A DNA stretch of 64,000 bases, from contig CBDFJR010000005.1 in the NCBI GenBank assembly GCA_965248535.1, positions 1,760,001-1,824,000 of the forward strand, given 5' to 3'. This DNA comes from Phormidesmis sp. GTDB lineage: Bacteria; Cyanobacteriota; Cyanobacteriia; Leptolyngbyales; Leptolyngbyaceae. The notes under the pieces were generated by a model that was given only the letters and a program-made list of their open reading frames with translations, did no database searches and was not told where the DNA came from. Numbering within the stretch: position 1 is the first letter of the stretch; each line of letters opens with the position of its first letter. Shown piece by piece: positions 1 to 11,730 of the stretch. The position numbers and the translations under genes were made by a program.

Positions 1-321
1 GCCAGCGAGATTCTGTCAGGGGCGCTGCAAGACAATAATCGCGGCACGATCGTCGGCACTAAGACCTTTGGCAAGGGGCTGGTGCAGTCCGTTCGCGGGC
101 TGGGTGATGGCTCAGGGCTGGCAGTGACGATCGCCAAATATCTTACGCCCAAAGGTCGGGACATTAACAAGCATGGCATCGATCCGGATGTGGTGATCGA
201 GTTGAGCGATCAGCAGCGCCAAGCACTGGGGCGCGATCGCGACAAGATCGGCACGCCCGAAGATCCGCAGTTTGCCAGGGCACTTCAAGTGCTAACCCAG
301 CAAGCCTCTACTAAAAAATAG
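1..321 (+). CDS. ctpA: C-terminal processing protease, S41 family (3' part; starts before the window)
   Basis: Frame 1 is open from base 1: ASEILSGALQDNNRGTIVGTKTFGKGLVQS...TIAKYLTPKGRDINKHGIDPD, typical S41A motifs. Paralog identity (ctpA/B/C) is uncertain. Confidence 0.88.
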   Translation, partial: ASEILSGALQDNNRGTIVGTKTFGKGLVQSVRGLGDGSGLAVTIAKYLTPKGRDINKHGIDPDVVIELSDQQRQALGRDRDKIGTPEDPQFARALQVLTQQASTKK

Positions 322-328
322 CCCTCGT

Positions 329-517
329 TCAGACAGGCTTGCACTTGCCGGAGCGAATTAAACCGACCCGACGAGCCACCGCCTCACTCTGTGACTTAAA
401 AGGCCCCCACTGCTCCCGCTGAGGTAGCGCTTCGTCGATCATGACCTGATCGACGGGCACAATTTTGCAGGAGCCGTTTTCTTGTCTGACCACATACCAA
501 GCATCTGAATTGTTCAT
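329..517 (-). CDS. small conserved cyanobacterial hypothetical protein
   Basis: 62-aa ORF with WYVVRQENGSC...WGPF.SQSEAVARRVGLIRSGKCKP, a pattern I recognise from cyanobacterial hypothetical proteins. Confidence 0.75.
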   Translation of the reverse strand: MNNSDAWYVVRQENGSCKIVPVDQVMIDEALPQREQWGPFKSQSEAVARRVGLIRSGKCKPV

Positions 518-803
518 GGGGTTAGCAGGGGTTTAACCATGGGTTGGCAACGCTCTAGAGACGGCGAGTTTGATACTTGCCTTTGAGTTTTGGGCAACCT
601 TGAACTGTTGAGGGGTCTAGCTGATCATGAAGCTGTAAGCCTGTCCTGAGGCATTCCACTCCATCAAAGCCCCACTCTAATTCTAGTTGCGTCTTCCCCC
701 CGTGAATCTTCTAGATGTTTTTATCTCACTCAGGCTATGACATCTGCCCCAACTCAGACCCCGCCGATACTATTTAGTTAGGGCTTTTTTAGCCACGTAG
801 GAT

Positions 804-2195
804 ATGACACCAGAAACACAGCGTCCGTCTATTGCGCCACCTCCCGTGCCTCGTGTTCCACCTGCGCCACCCCCACTGATGCGGGTTTCTTCTGCTAGCA
901 CCGCGATCGAGGCGACTGACCCCACGATCGCCACCGTGGGAGAGGACTCTATGCAAACCATGGCAATGCCGATTTCACCTATCCCCAGTGCTGCCTTGCC
1001 TGCTGCTAATGCTGCCTTACCCACCTCCGGGGCTTTAAGTCGAGCAGTGCCGCCGACATCGCCACTGGCAGGGCATCGCCCCACCGCTCCTCCCACAGTG
1101 CCCACCACGGCGGCTCGTCCTGCCAATAGTTCGGGGTCTCCCACCCTAGCGCAACTCATTCGCAATGCTTACGATAAGGGATTTTCAGACGTTCACGTTG
1201 GGGTGGGGGAGGTGCCCCGCTATCGAAATCGGGGTGAGATGGATGCGACGGACTGGCCCGTGACCGATCGCGAAACCTTCTTTAGCTGGCTGAGAGAGGT
1301 CTTAACAGAGGCTGATATTGAAAAGTTTGAGACCACGCTAGACTTTGACGGCGCGACTCAATATGAGTTTGCGCGAGTTCGGATTAATATTTTTGACTCG
1401 CTGCACGGCCCGGCGATGGTCATGCGTCTGATTCCGTTGACTATTTTGACGATGGAGCAGTTAAACCTGCCTCCGGTGCTCAGAGATATCTGTCACTATC
1501 ACAAAGGTTTGGTGCTGGTGACGGGGCCAACGGGGTCGGGTAAGTCCACCACGATGGCGGCGATGATTGACTACATCAATAAGGAGATGCCGAAGCACAT
1601 CATCACTATTGAAGACCCGATCGAGTTTGTCCACAAAAGCCGAAAAGCGCTGATCAAACACCGAGAAGTCGGCATTCACACCCACAAGTTTGACAATGCG
1701 CTGAAAGCGGCTCTGCGGGAAGACCCCGATCTGATTTTAGTGGGCGAAATGCGGGATAAAGAGACCGTCAACACGGCGCTGAAAGCTGCCCAAACGGGTC
1801 ACTTAGTGATGGGAACGCTGCACACTAACAGCGCGGTGAAAACGATCGAGCGGATTCTTAGCTTATACAACCCCAACGAGCAAGAGCCAATGCGGGTTTC
1901 GCTCGCAGAGTCTCTAGTAGGGGTAGTCGCTCAGGGGCTGTGCCGCACAACCGACGGCAAAAGGGCCGCGTTTCATGACATCTTGATCAACACCGACGCG
2001 ATTAGAGACTACATTCGCAAGGGTGAAATCGATGAAATTGAGGCGATTCTTCCCAAATGCACCTTTGACGGAATGTGCACAATGAATCAGTCTCTCTATA
2101 AACTCTATCAAGATGGACGAATTACTGAAGAAGTCGCGCTGGAGATGGCACCCAAGGTAAATGAGATGGCGCAAATGCTGCGAGGGCGAGTGTAG
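804..2195 (+). CDS. pilT: type IV pilus retraction ATPase, PilT2-type with Pro/Ala-rich N-terminal extension
   Basis: Walker A GPTGSGKST, TIEDPIE, AALREDPDLILVGEMRD and TGHLVMGTLHTNSA. Confidence 0.92.
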   Translation: MTPETQRPSIAPPPVPRVPPAPPPLMRVSSASTAIEATDPTIATVGEDSMQTMAMPISPIPSAALPAANAALPTSGALSRAVPPTSPLAGHRPTAPPTVPTTAARPANSSGSPTLAQLIRNAYDKGFSDVHVGVGEVPRYRNRGEMDATDWPVTDRETFFSWLREVLTEADIEKFETTLDFDGATQYEFARVRINIFDSLHGPAMVMRLIPLTILTMEQLNLPPVLRDICHYHKGLVLVTGPTGSGKSTTMAAMIDYINKEMPKHIITIEDPIEFVHKSRKALIKHREVGIHTHKFDNALKAALREDPDLILVGEMRDKETVNTALKAAQTGHLVMGTLHTNSAVKTIERILSLYNPNEQEPMRVSLAESLVGVVAQGLCRTTDGKRAAFHDILINTDAIRDYIRKGEIDEIEAILPKCTFDGMCTMNQSLYKLYQDGRITEEVALEMAPKVNEMAQMLRGRV

Positions 2196-2223
2196 GTTCG
2201 CTTTCTTAATCTCTAAACGATCC

Positions 2224-2259
2224 AAAAAAAGGGAGAGACTCATCAGTCCTCCCTTTTTT
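2224..2259. terminator. bidirectional intrinsic terminator between convergent pilT2 and atpC
   Basis: A7-GGGAGAGACT-catc-AGTCCTCCC-T6 hairpin flanked by A and T tracts. Confidence 0.8.
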
Positions 2260-2280
2260 CTGTCAATCAAGCGAGAGTGA

Positions 2281-2691
2281 TTAGACACCACCTGCCGCTT
2301 GAAGACGCGCCCGCGCCCGCTTCAGCGCTTGGGTTGCTTGAATTTGTTCTTGCTTGTTGGTGCTTTGCTGAAGCTGACCGTAGCGAGATTCTGCCTCGGT
2401 GTAAGCCGCCCGCGCTGCATCTCGATCGATGCTGTCTCCGCGTTCTGCCCCGTTGACTAGAACCGTCACTTCGTTGTTTTCGACTTCGGCAAAGCCGCCC
2501 ATGAGAGCGATCGGCACCCAAGTTTTATCGGTCGAGCGAACGCGCATCACGCCTGTCTCTAGAGCCGTGAGCAACGGCGCGTGACCACTCAAAATCCCTA
2601 ATTGCCCTGTTGTGCTGGGAAGAATGACTTCCTCAGCGCTAGAATCCCAGACGGTTTTGTCTGGTGCAATCACACGAACGGTTAAAACCAT
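2281..2691 (-). CDS. atpC: ATP synthase F1 epsilon subunit
   Basis: [25 protein letters not shown] and [19 protein letters not shown]; lies downstream of the beta subunit gene. Confidence 0.97.
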   Translation of the reverse strand: MVLTVRVIAPDKTVWDSSAEEVILPSTTGQLGILSGHAPLLTALETGVMRVRSTDKTWVPIALMGGFAEVENNEVTVLVNGAERGDSIDRDAARAAYTEAESRYGQLQQSTNKQEQIQATQALKRARARLQAAGGV

Positions 2692-2763
2692 AGTTTCCTC
2701 CTAAATAAAAGCAGTCAGAAGTAGTGTAGGTTGAGCCGTCAAGACCCAACCCTCACCCGGTTT

Positions 2764-4230
<1,467 letters not shown>

Positions 4231-4375
4231 CTAGTGTGTGGTTCAGCTATTCAAACAAATCAAAAACAAAACTTTGCGTGTTATCCGCCATTTGTCAGCT
4301 TATCACCGAGGGGTTACAGATGATTAAGCAGATTTTAGGTTGGAATTTGACGCAAATTTTCTAGCTCTTTTTCCA

Positions 4376-4412
4376 ATCAAAAGCTCCCCATGTTAACGAG
4401 GAGCTTTGTTTG
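4376..4412 (-). terminator. probable terminator after ndhJ
   Basis: Inverted repeat AAAGCTCC...GGAGCTTT just downstream of the ndhJ stop. Confidence 0.55.
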
Positions 4413-4438
4413 AGTTGGTTACTCAGGCTGTTCAGAGT

Positions 4439-4963
4439 CTAGTAAGCGTCTTGAAGCTCAAAGAAGTCTTGAGCGATATAGTCTTTGCGAAGCGGGTAGC
4501 CGACCCAATCGGCAGGCATTAAGAGCCTCTTGAGGCTAGGATGCCCCTCATAGATGATGCCGTACATATCAAACGATTCGCGTTCTTGCCAGTCTACGGC
4601 TTTCCAGATCCAATAAACCGAGGGCACGATCGGGTTTTCGCGGGGCAAAAAGACTTTGAGCCGCACTTCATCGGGGCGATCGGCGCTGTCACTCAATTTC
4701 ACCAAGTGATAGAAGCTGACCAACTCCTGACCGGGGCCGGAATCGTAGGCTCCTTGGCACTGAAGGTAGTTAAACCCGTAGGCTGCCAGAGCCGTCGAAA
4801 AGGGGATCAGCAGTTCTGCATCGACCTTGATCATCTCGGTGCCGCTGGCATCTAGTCCGAGAAATTCGTGCTCAAAGCCGTTTTGAGTCAGCCATTTAGA
4901 GGTTTTGCCTGCTTCGACGATCGGGGCCGTCTCTAGGGCGATCGGTTGGGTTTCTTCAGCCAC
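4439..4963 (-). CDS. ndhJ: NAD(P)H-quinone oxidoreductase subunit J
   Basis: [29 protein letters not shown]; third gene of ndhCKJ. Confidence 0.97.
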   Translation of the reverse strand: MAEETQPIALETAPIVEAGKTSKWLTQNGFEHEFLGLDASGTEMIKVDAELLIPFSTALAAYGFNYLQCQGAYDSGPGQELVSFYHLVKLSDSADRPDEVRLKVFLPRENPIVPSVYWIWKAVDWQERESFDMYGIIYEGHPSLKRLLMPADWVGYPLRKDYIAQDFFELQDAY

Positions 4964-5693
4964 GATCGAGACCCTCCTTTTCGGTTGCTTTGAGGGCAGG
5001 CGCGATCGGAAGACCCATCGCTTCTCTTAACTCGGCGGCCGGGGTTTGGCGATCGGCAAGCTGCATATATTTGCCGTCGTGAATTTCGGCTACCGCTTTC
5101 ATGCTGTGAGTGGTGCTGTAGTAGCGGTGCGTTTGGCGGAGAGCACCCCGCTCTTGAATCGACTCGTTAGAGATTTTCTTTCTCAGTTTGATGATGGCAT
5201 CAACGATCGCTTCGGGGCGCGGCGGGCAACCAGGGAGATAGACATCCACCGGGATCAGCTTATCTACCCCGCGAACTGCGGTTGGCGAATCGACGCTAAA
5301 CATCCCACCTGTAATCGTGCAGGCTCCCATCGCAATCACATACTTCGGCTCTGGCATCTGTTCATAAAGCCGAACCAAGGCGGGAGCCATCTTCATGGTG
5401 ATCGTGCCTGCGGTGATGATTAAATCTGCTTGACGAGGCGACGATCGGGGCACTAGCCCAAAGCGATCGAAGTCAAACCGCGAGCCAATCAGCGCTGCAA
5501 ACTCAATAAAGCAGCAGGCCGTCCCAAACAGCAGGGGCCACAGACTAGAGAGCTTGGCCCAGTTATAGAGATCATCAACACTAGTCAGAACCACATTTTC
5601 AGATAGTTCTTGAGTGATAGTGGGCCGAGCGATCGGGTTCATCAACCCCTCAGCCGAGCCGCTTTTTGCAGTGAGTTCTGAGTTCATGACCAT
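4956..5693 (-). CDS. ndhK: NAD(P)H-quinone oxidoreductase subunit K
   Basis: [23 protein letters not shown] and PGCPPRPE Fe-S motifs. Confidence 0.98.
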   Translation of the reverse strand: MVMNSELTAKSGSAEGLMNPIARPTITQELSENVVLTSVDDLYNWAKLSSLWPLLFGTACCFIEFAALIGSRFDFDRFGLVPRSSPRQADLIITAGTITMKMAPALVRLYEQMPEPKYVIAMGACTITGGMFSVDSPTAVRGVDKLIPVDVYLPGCPPRPEAIVDAIIKLRKKISNESIQERGALRQTHRYYSTTHSMKAVAEIHDGKYMQLADRQTPAAELREAMGLPIAPALKATEKEGLDRG

Positions 5694-6046
5694 TCCAACG
5701 CTCCTTTGCGCCAGGCGTAGACCAAACCGACAATAAGAATTCCAATAAAAATCAGGGCTTCGATGAAGGCTAATAGCCCCAAGCGACTAAAGGCGACTGC
5801 CCAGGGGTAGAGAAAGACCGTTTCAACGTCAAAGATCACAAAGACCAGCGCAAACATATAGTAGCGAATGTTGAACTGAATCCAAGCGCCGCCGATCGGC
5901 TCCATGCCTGACTCATAGGTAGTGCGGCGCTCAGGGCCGCGACGACTCGGACGAACCAGCTTAGAAGCCGTCAATGCCAAGACGGGCACCAGACTACAGA
6001 TGAGTAGGAAGCCCAGAAAATATTCGTAGCCAGTCAGAACAAACAC
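5684..6046 (-). CDS. ndhC: NAD(P)H-quinone oxidoreductase subunit C
   Basis: A GTG start at 6046 gives the 120-aa [13 protein letters not shown]...YESGMEP...[12 protein letters not shown]...KGALEWS. Confidence 0.97.
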   Translation of the reverse strand: MFVLTGYEYFLGFLLICSLVPVLALTASKLVRPSRRGPERRTTYESGMEPIGGAWIQFNIRYYMFALVFVIFDVETVFLYPWAVAFSRLGLLAFIEALIFIGILIVGLVYAWRKGALEWS

Positions 6047-6324
6047 AGTGATAGTCGCCTCTCGTAAGGGAAATGAAAATGCTTGTGTTACTTCTTCTTC
6101 ACACTCCACATTATAAGTGGGCGTGACCGTCTGGCGTGTATTGAAACTGTCACAAGGCTAGAAATCTGCCTCCTGTTCCATCAATAATTTTCTATGAAGC
6201 GTTCATTAAACCCAAAAATCCGATCGGCTCAAAAATGGATCTTAAAAAGGGGAGGTCATAATGTCATAATAATTAACGGAGATTTTAAGATTGGCAGTCT
6301 AGTCCATTACCCTCTCCTAAAGCT

Positions 6325-6660
6325 ATGAGCACCGAACTTATCGATCCAAAATCACTCGATCGTCATGAGTGTGCCGCCTGCGGCTATGTCTATGAGCCTC
6401 TTAAAGGAGACGATCGGCGAAGTATTGCAGCGGGCACTCCGTTTGAGGAGTTGCCGACTAGCTGGCGCTGCCCGGTTTGCGGGGCCCCAACCTCCCGGTT
6501 TCAAAACGTCGGCCCGCTCAATAGCCCGTCTGGGTTTAAAGAAAATTTGGGGTATGGCCTAGGGGTCAACACCCTAACGCCAGGGCAGAAAAATCTGCTC
6601 ATTTTTGGTGGATTGATTCTGGTCTTCTTATTATTCCTCAGCCTCTATGGGTTGCAGTAG
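6325..6660 (+). CDS. rubA: membrane-anchored rubredoxin
   Basis: CxxCGYVY...WRCPVCG with a C-terminal TM helix; in the conserved position upstream of ycf48. Confidence 0.95.
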   Translation: MSTELIDPKSLDRHECAACGYVYEPLKGDDRRSIAAGTPFEELPTSWRCPVCGAPTSRFQNVGPLNSPSGFKENLGYGLGVNTLTPGQKNLLIFGGLILVFLLFLSLYGLQ

Positions 6661-6711
6661 TTGAGACCCTCGCTCCAGAAAACGTAAATTGTGTACCAGA
6701 GATTAGAAGCG

Positions 6712-7719
6712 ATGCAGTGGATTATGAGAGCCTGGAAACAACTTGTCATATTATTGGCGATCGCAGTGCTAACGACTAGCTGCAAGGCTTTCTTGCCAAG
6801 CGTGATTAACAACCCCTGGGAAATCATTTCCCTCCCAGTTGAAGAAAATCTTTTAGATGTCAGTTTTACAGGCGACAAAACCCACGGATGGCTGGTGGGA
6901 ACCAATTCATCCCTTTTAGAAACCAACGACGCTGGAAAAACCTGGGAGCCGCGCAAGCTCGATCTCGGCGAACAGAATTATCGGTTGAGTTCTGTCAGCT
7001 TTTCAGGTCAAGAAGGCTGGATTACGGGGCAGCCCTCGCTGTTGCTGCACACCACCGACAGCGGCAAATCGTGGGCGCAGATTCCTCTGAGTGAGAAGCT
7101 ACCGGGTGCCCCTAGCACCGTTGTGGCGATGGGCGCAAACGCCGCCGAGATGACCACCGATTTAGGAGCCATCTATCAGACTGCCGATGGTGGCCGCAAC
7201 TGGAAGGCCATGGTCGCTGAAGCGTTTGGCGTAGTTAGAAGTCTCGATCGGGCAGCCGATGGCAAATATGTCGCCGTCTCGTCAAGAGGAAACTTCTTCT
7301 CAGTTTGGGAACCGGGCGATCAGGCTTGGCACCCCTACAACCGCAATAGCTCTCGCCGCGTGCAGAGCATGGGCTTTACCAAAGATGGTCGCCTGTGGAT
7401 GCTAGCGCGGGGCGGGCAGGTGCAGTTTACCAACTCGGCCGACCCAGAAGACTGGCAAGAGGTGCAAAACCCCGAATTTGCAACCAGTTGGGGGCTACTC
7501 GATCTGGCTTATCGCACACCCGATGAGCTTTGGGTGGTCGGCGGCAGCGGCAACCTGCTGGGCAGTTTTGACGGGGGCAAAACCTGGCAAAAAGACAAAG
7601 ATGTAGAAAACGTTCCGGCTAACCTTTATCGGATTGTGTTTCTCAGCCCTGAGCAAGGTTTTATCATCGGTCAGCGCGGCACACTGCTGAGATATCAAGC
7701 TAGCACTCAAGCGGCCTGA
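6712..7719 (+). CDS. ycf48: photosystem II assembly factor Ycf48/HCF136
   Basis: BNR-type TxDxGxxW repeats, AVSSRGNF and NRNSSRRVQSMGF; between rubA and psbE. Start could be 6691, 6712 or 6724. Confidence 0.96.
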   Translation: MQWIMRAWKQLVILLAIAVLTTSCKAFLPSVINNPWEIISLPVEENLLDVSFTGDKTHGWLVGTNSSLLETNDAGKTWEPRKLDLGEQNYRLSSVSFSGQEGWITGQPSLLLHTTDSGKSWAQIPLSEKLPGAPSTVVAMGANAAEMTTDLGAIYQTADGGRNWKAMVAEAFGVVRSLDRAADGKYVAVSSRGNFFSVWEPGDQAWHPYNRNSSRRVQSMGFTKDGRLWMLARGGQVQFTNSADPEDWQEVQNPEFATSWGLLDLAYRTPDELWVVGGSGNLLGSFDGGKTWQKDKDVENVPANLYRIVFLSPEQGFIIGQRGTLLRYQASTQAA

Positions 7720-7883
7720 TCCCCACCAGAATTTGTAGCCCCTTGGTGAAGCTTTTTAACGCTTTGTTTTAGAGAAAATCAGAGGCTACAAATTGCAAAT
7801 TCAAACGGGTTGCTTGTGGGGATTTCTATCGTCCCTTATGATATTTATAAAGGCTTTTGATTGTTGTTAGTGGAGGAATCTAA

Positions 7884-8144
7884 ATGGCTGGTACTACTGG
7901 AGAGCGTCCGTTTGGTGACATTGTTACAAGTATTCGCTATTGGGTGATTCATAGCATCACCATTCCCGCTTTGTTTGTGGCAGGTTGGTTGTTTGTCAGC
8001 ACGGGCTTGGCCTATGACGTGTTTGGCACGCCTCGCCCCAACGAATATTTCCCCGCCGCTCGGCCAGAAGTGCCGATCGTCAACAAGCGCTTTGAAGCAA
8101 AGCAGCAAGTTGATCAGTTCATTGGCAAAGAAGTCAAGAAATAG
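7884..8144 (+). CDS. psbE: cytochrome b559 alpha subunit
   Basis: [31 protein letters not shown]. Confidence 0.99.
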   Translation: MAGTTGERPFGDIVTSIRYWVIHSITIPALFVAGWLFVSTGLAYDVFGTPRPNEYFPAARPEVPIVNKRFEAKQQVDQFIGKEVKK

Positions 8145-8170
8145 TTTTTCACTTAATTGATTCAAACACT

Positions 8171-8305
8171 ATGACTAGCAATTCTCCCAATCAGCCTGTG
8201 GTCTATCCCATTTTTACCGTGAGATGGATAGCCGTTCACACGTTAGCTGTGCCCTCCGTTTTCTTTTTGGGGGCGATCGCGTCTATGCAGTTTATTCAAC
8301 GATAG
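8171..8305 (+). CDS. psbF: cytochrome b559 beta subunit
   Basis: Translated by hand: [44 protein letters not shown]. Confidence 0.98.
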   Translation: MTSNSPNQPVVYPIFTVRWIAVHTLAVPSVFFLGAIASMQFIQR

Positions 8306-8314
8306 GTAAAAGCA

Positions 8315-8437
8315 ATGGCCGTCAATTCTCCAAACCCCAACAAACAGCCTGTTGAGCTAAATAGAACATCCCTCTATTTAGGCTTATTGGCCATCTTTTC
8401 ACTGGGCATTCTTTTCTCTAGCTATTTCTTCAATTAA
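8315..8437 (+). CDS. psbL: photosystem II protein L
   Basis: Translated by hand: [40 protein letters not shown]. Confidence 0.98.
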   Translation: MAVNSPNPNKQPVELNRTSLYLGLLAIFSLGILFSSYFFN

Positions 8438-8507
8438 TCAAACAATCTAGCCAGTCAAATTTGTCTAGAGTCGATTATAAACCGCTTGCTTGTTAGGAGG
8501 TAAAACT

Positions 8508-8627
8508 GTGGGTACTGGTGGAAGAATTCCCCTTTGGATTGTCGCAACTGTGGCAGGAACCGGGGTTATAGGTATTTTGGGTCTCTTCTTCTATGGCGCT
8601 TATGCAGGGTTAGGCTCCTCAATGTAG
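8508..8627 (+). CDS. psbJ: photosystem II protein J
   Basis: AGGAGG SD and GTG start; [39 protein letters not shown]. Confidence 0.97.
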   Translation: MGTGGRIPLWIVATVAGTGVIGILGLFFYGAYAGLGSSM

Positions 8628-8662
8628 GATGACCTGGGTTTAGTTTAAGCAATCTGTTTAAT

Positions 8663-8704
8663 AAAAAGAAAGCCGCCTAACCTTCAACGTTAAGCGGCTT
8701 TTTG
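8663..8704. terminator. bidirectional terminator between psbJ and psaI
   Basis: AAAAAGAAAGCCGC...GCGGCTTTTTG hairpin. Confidence 0.75.
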
Positions 8705-8721
8705 TTTGAATGGAATCTGGC

Positions 8722-8850
8722 TTAGATGCCGCTGGGATCTTCGCGCTCAATGTATAAGAACAGCAAGCCCATGACGACGATCGGCAAGAGCCAGGTAACA
8801 ACGGGGATCAGAATCCAGGGCAGATATGATGCTGCGTATGAACCTGTCAT
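8722..8850 (-). CDS. psaI: photosystem I subunit VIII
   Basis: Translated by hand: [42 protein letters not shown]. Confidence 0.95.
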   Translation of the reverse strand: MTGSYAASYLPWILIPVVTWLLPIVVMGLLFLYIEREDPSGI

Positions 8851-8966
8851 AAAATGTTTTCCTACTAGTTGTTAGATGAGTCCATCTTTGAAGTTACCTG
8901 CGAAGGGTGCCTTAAATCTGGGGTTCTTAAGATTCTTAACACAGTCGGGCAACGCTTAGGGGGGGA

Positions 8967-10979
8967 TTATGCGTCAAATTCATCCAGCGAGAGATCGGGT
9001 AAGTCAGGAGGAATGACAGCCCGATCGAGCACCACTTTTCGGCTTTCACGCTGAGTTGCCACCTCAACGGCGATCGCTTCGAGTTGAATCTCTAAACTGC
9101 CAAACGGCACCGTTAGCTGGGTGCTGGCTTCTAGGTCACCCAACCCGTTAGGCACAAAATCGACGAGCCAGCGAGGGCCATCCAGCAACGCACGGGTTTG
9201 ACGGTCATTAATCCAAAATTTAACGTAGAAGCGAGGCCGCAGATTGGGAAGTTTTGCTCGCACCACGATCGCTTGCCCTGCCACCAGTTCTTCACTCGCC
9301 AACTCTAAACTAGGGGTGGGCACATCGGCATCGGGTGCCAGCAGTAAAGGATTTGGAATCTGAGGAGTTAATGGCTGAAGCGATGGTTGAGAAGTCAAGA
9401 GGTCTTCAACAGGTAGATTGTCTGGCTCGTCATCTACCAAAACTTCTTGGCTCAATAACGCTTCTTCGGGAGATGTGGGCAGCGCCATCATTTCAGGATT
9501 TGCTGCATCCTCGATTGCTGCATCATCAATCATCGCTTCTGGCAAAACCGTCTCTGGCTGAGAAGCCTCTCTTAGTTCTTCAGAGAGCGCTGCGTCTGAG
9601 GCCAAAGAATTGAGACGATCGAGAAATCGACCTTGAATGTTTAACGCCTGAAACGCCGACTGAACCAGCGAGCTTTTAGACAAGGCACCGGGGGCATCGG
9701 GCAGGGCTTTGAGTTCGGCAGCGTCGGCTAATTGGGGTTGAGTTGGGGCGGCGATCGCGTCCTCAGTTTCAGGCTCTACACTTGCAGCTTCAGCACTAGC
9801 TGACTCGCTCACGGGCGCTACAAACGTCGGCAGATCTAAGCCTTTTTTGCTGTCTTGCGGCGGGGCTGGGGGATAGAGTTGAGGCGGAAGCGGCTGGTCA
9901 GAAGCATATTTGAAGCTGGGAGCTTCTCTAGGAGCCGAGACCAGGTTTAAGAAAGTGAGACTAAGATTGGGAGACTCTGGGGGCGGCTCAGGGTTGGCGG
10001 CAGACTCTAGAGATTGCTCTAATTCTTCTTCGTCTGCGATCGGGTGTTCGGCGATCGTCTCTAGCAATTCATCGGCATCTGCCGTCAAGGTAAAGGACTG
10101 ATTGGCAAGCTCGATCGCCGGATCTGAGGTCAGATCATAAAGGGTGATTTCACCCAAAATCAACTGAGTTTTGAACTCAGACGGCAAGGTCAACCGACAG
10201 ATCACCGGAGTCGGAATCGGTTGATTGAGAATCGATTCACGAGTTTCTAGCAGAACTTGAGCGCTTTGGGGATCACGGAAGCAAATTTTGATTTCAGCCT
10301 GGGTGAGCACGAGAGCCGGAGTTTCTGCGGTCGCGATCGGCGTAATCTGACCTGAAAGCCTCAGGGGTTGCCCACGACGGGCGATATAAGTGTCTTGGGT
10401 GAGCACAATTTGCAGCGGCGGCAGTTGCGCCAAGAGTTGAGCCTCTTGAGCAAGCTGCTCGGTGATCTGCATCAGCCGATCGACCGAAGACCCCATCCCG
10501 GCGGCTGACTCAACGGGAATGTCAGGTAGATCAACAGATTCGGACGCTGCAATCGGTTCAGCTATCTCGATCCGCGATTCAACTGGCTCAGGCGGCGTTT
10601 GCCAATCGGGTTCCCAGTCTTCTTCAGCCTCGATTTCGACTACATGAAGCTGCACTGAATATTGCCACTTTTTGCCCATTAACTCTGACAGCAAATCGCC
10701 AGAGCAATTGAGTTCCCAGGTGCCGGGGTTGAGCGTTGTGTAGGGAATCACCACCACCAGCCCATCAGCATTGGTGCGGTTTGATCGCTGCTGAGTGCGG
10801 CGTTTTGGCGGCACCTCGATCGTCGCTTGATGAACAATGCGAACTTCGACATTGCTGTTTTTGCGGCTCGATCGGGCCACCACGCGATAGCGACCTTCTA
10901 GAATTTCCACATCAGGAGATTCGAGGGGCAACCAGGAGCGATCGCCTTCTTTTTGCAAGAGAAATTCCCAATACTCCAT
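8967..10979 (-). CDS. large conserved cyanobacterial hypothetical protein with acidic, Pro-rich linkers
   Basis: 670-aa ORF; folded-looking N-terminus (WEFLLQKEGDRSWLPLESPDVEILEGRYRV) and C-terminus (VKFWINDRQTRALLDGPRWL). Confidence 0.85.
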   Translation of the reverse strand: MEYWEFLLQKEGDRSWLPLESPDVEILEGRYRVVARSSRKNSNVEVRIVHQATIEVPPKRRTQQRSNRTNADGLVVVIPYTTLNPGTWELNCSGDLLSELMGKKWQYSVQLHVVEIEAEEDWEPDWQTPPEPVESRIEIAEPIAASESVDLPDIPVESAAGMGSSVDRLMQITEQLAQEAQLLAQLPPLQIVLTQDTYIARRGQPLRLSGQITPIATAETPALVLTQAEIKICFRDPQSAQVLLETRESILNQPIPTPVICRLTLPSEFKTQLILGEITLYDLTSDPAIELANQSFTLTADADELLETIAEHPIADEEELEQSLESAANPEPPPESPNLSLTFLNLVSAPREAPSFKYASDQPLPPQLYPPAPPQDSKKGLDLPTFVAPVSESASAEAASVEPETEDAIAAPTQPQLADAAELKALPDAPGALSKSSLVQSAFQALNIQGRFLDRLNSLASDAALSEELREASQPETVLPEAMIDDAAIEDAANPEMMALPTSPEEALLSQEVLVDDEPDNLPVEDLLTSQPSLQPLTPQIPNPLLLAPDADVPTPSLELASEELVAGQAIVVRAKLPNLRPRFYVKFWINDRQTRALLDGPRWLVDFVPNGLGDLEASTQLTVPFGSLEIQLEAIAVEVATQRESRKVVLDRAVIPPDLPDLSLDEFDA

Positions 10980-11080
10980 CAGGCCTATTCGAGGAGCTTT
11001 TTACCCCGCACTTAGTGGTTTCAGGCGACTAATTAACCCGCCTCATGACAGGCATTTTACCTGACTCTGCCCAAACGCTG

Positions 11081-11118
11081 AAAAAGAGCCTGAATGTTGT
11101 CAACAATCAGACTCTTAA
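11081..11118 (-). terminator. probable terminator after psaL
   Basis: Imperfect hairpin AAAAAGAGCCTGA...TCAGACTCTT with a U tract on the minus strand. Confidence 0.55.
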
Positions 11119-11142
11119 ATCAGATTTGGGATGGACGCGAAC

Positions 11143-11610
11143 TTAGTTAAATCCGCCCCGGAAGATGCCATCAATGATCGAGAAGTTGCTCAAGAGCAAG
11201 TAGGCCACAAACGCGCTGCCCGTCGCACCGACAAAAAACCCGCCCGTAAATTGGCTCCAACCGTCAGCAGATTGCAGAGAATCTTTAGAGGTGTGGTCAC
11301 CCTGAAAGGTCACCAACCCATAAGCTGAGAGGCACAGAGTGGCAATCAAAATGAGTGCTATGCCAGAGATCAGCCCACCCACATTGGCGACATCAGAGTC
11401 CCGCAGAGGGCCAAGCTTTACCCAGGGGCCGATGATGAAATAGCCATGAGCTAACCCGATCTCTAGCCCGCGCAAGAGGGGAGATAGCCCTTTGCGATAG
11501 GCAGGCAGGTTGCCGATAAATGCGCGAGTAAAGGGAGAGTCACTGATAGGGGTTGAAAGGTGCCCGGTAAACGGATCGCCGTTATAGGGTTTAATAAGCT
11601 GCTCAGTCAT
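11143..11610 (-). CDS. psaL: photosystem I subunit XI
   Basis: [39 protein letters not shown] and LGPLRDS. Confidence 0.98.
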   Translation of the reverse strand: MTEQLIKPYNGDPFTGHLSTPISDSPFTRAFIGNLPAYRKGLSPLLRGLEIGLAHGYFIIGPWVKLGPLRDSDVANVGGLISGIALILIATLCLSAYGLVTFQGDHTSKDSLQSADGWSQFTGGFFVGATGSAFVAYLLLSNFSIIDGIFRGGFN

Positions 11611-11730
11611 AGGTTAATATTTCCTAACACTCTGAAAAGTGACAGAAGAATTTGACACTCATTTTAAGCAGGTGCGGGGACGCATTCGCAAAAACGAGTC
11701 TTGAGCGTTAGAAAAATTCACTAATTTTTG

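Noticed and set aside
329..517. Transposase fragment
   Set aside because: No DDE motif, terminal repeats or TSD; it looks like an intact small conserved protein.
804..1140. Pro/Ala-rich low-complexity N-terminus as a novelty
   Set aside because: A Pro-rich extension is a known trait of cyanobacterial PilT2.
770..1165. Antisense ORF over the pilT2 N-terminus (and similar shadow ORFs over atpD, uvrA, amt, nadB and the HEAT gene)
   Set aside because: They lie within well-supported genes on another strand or frame and have no recognisable motifs.
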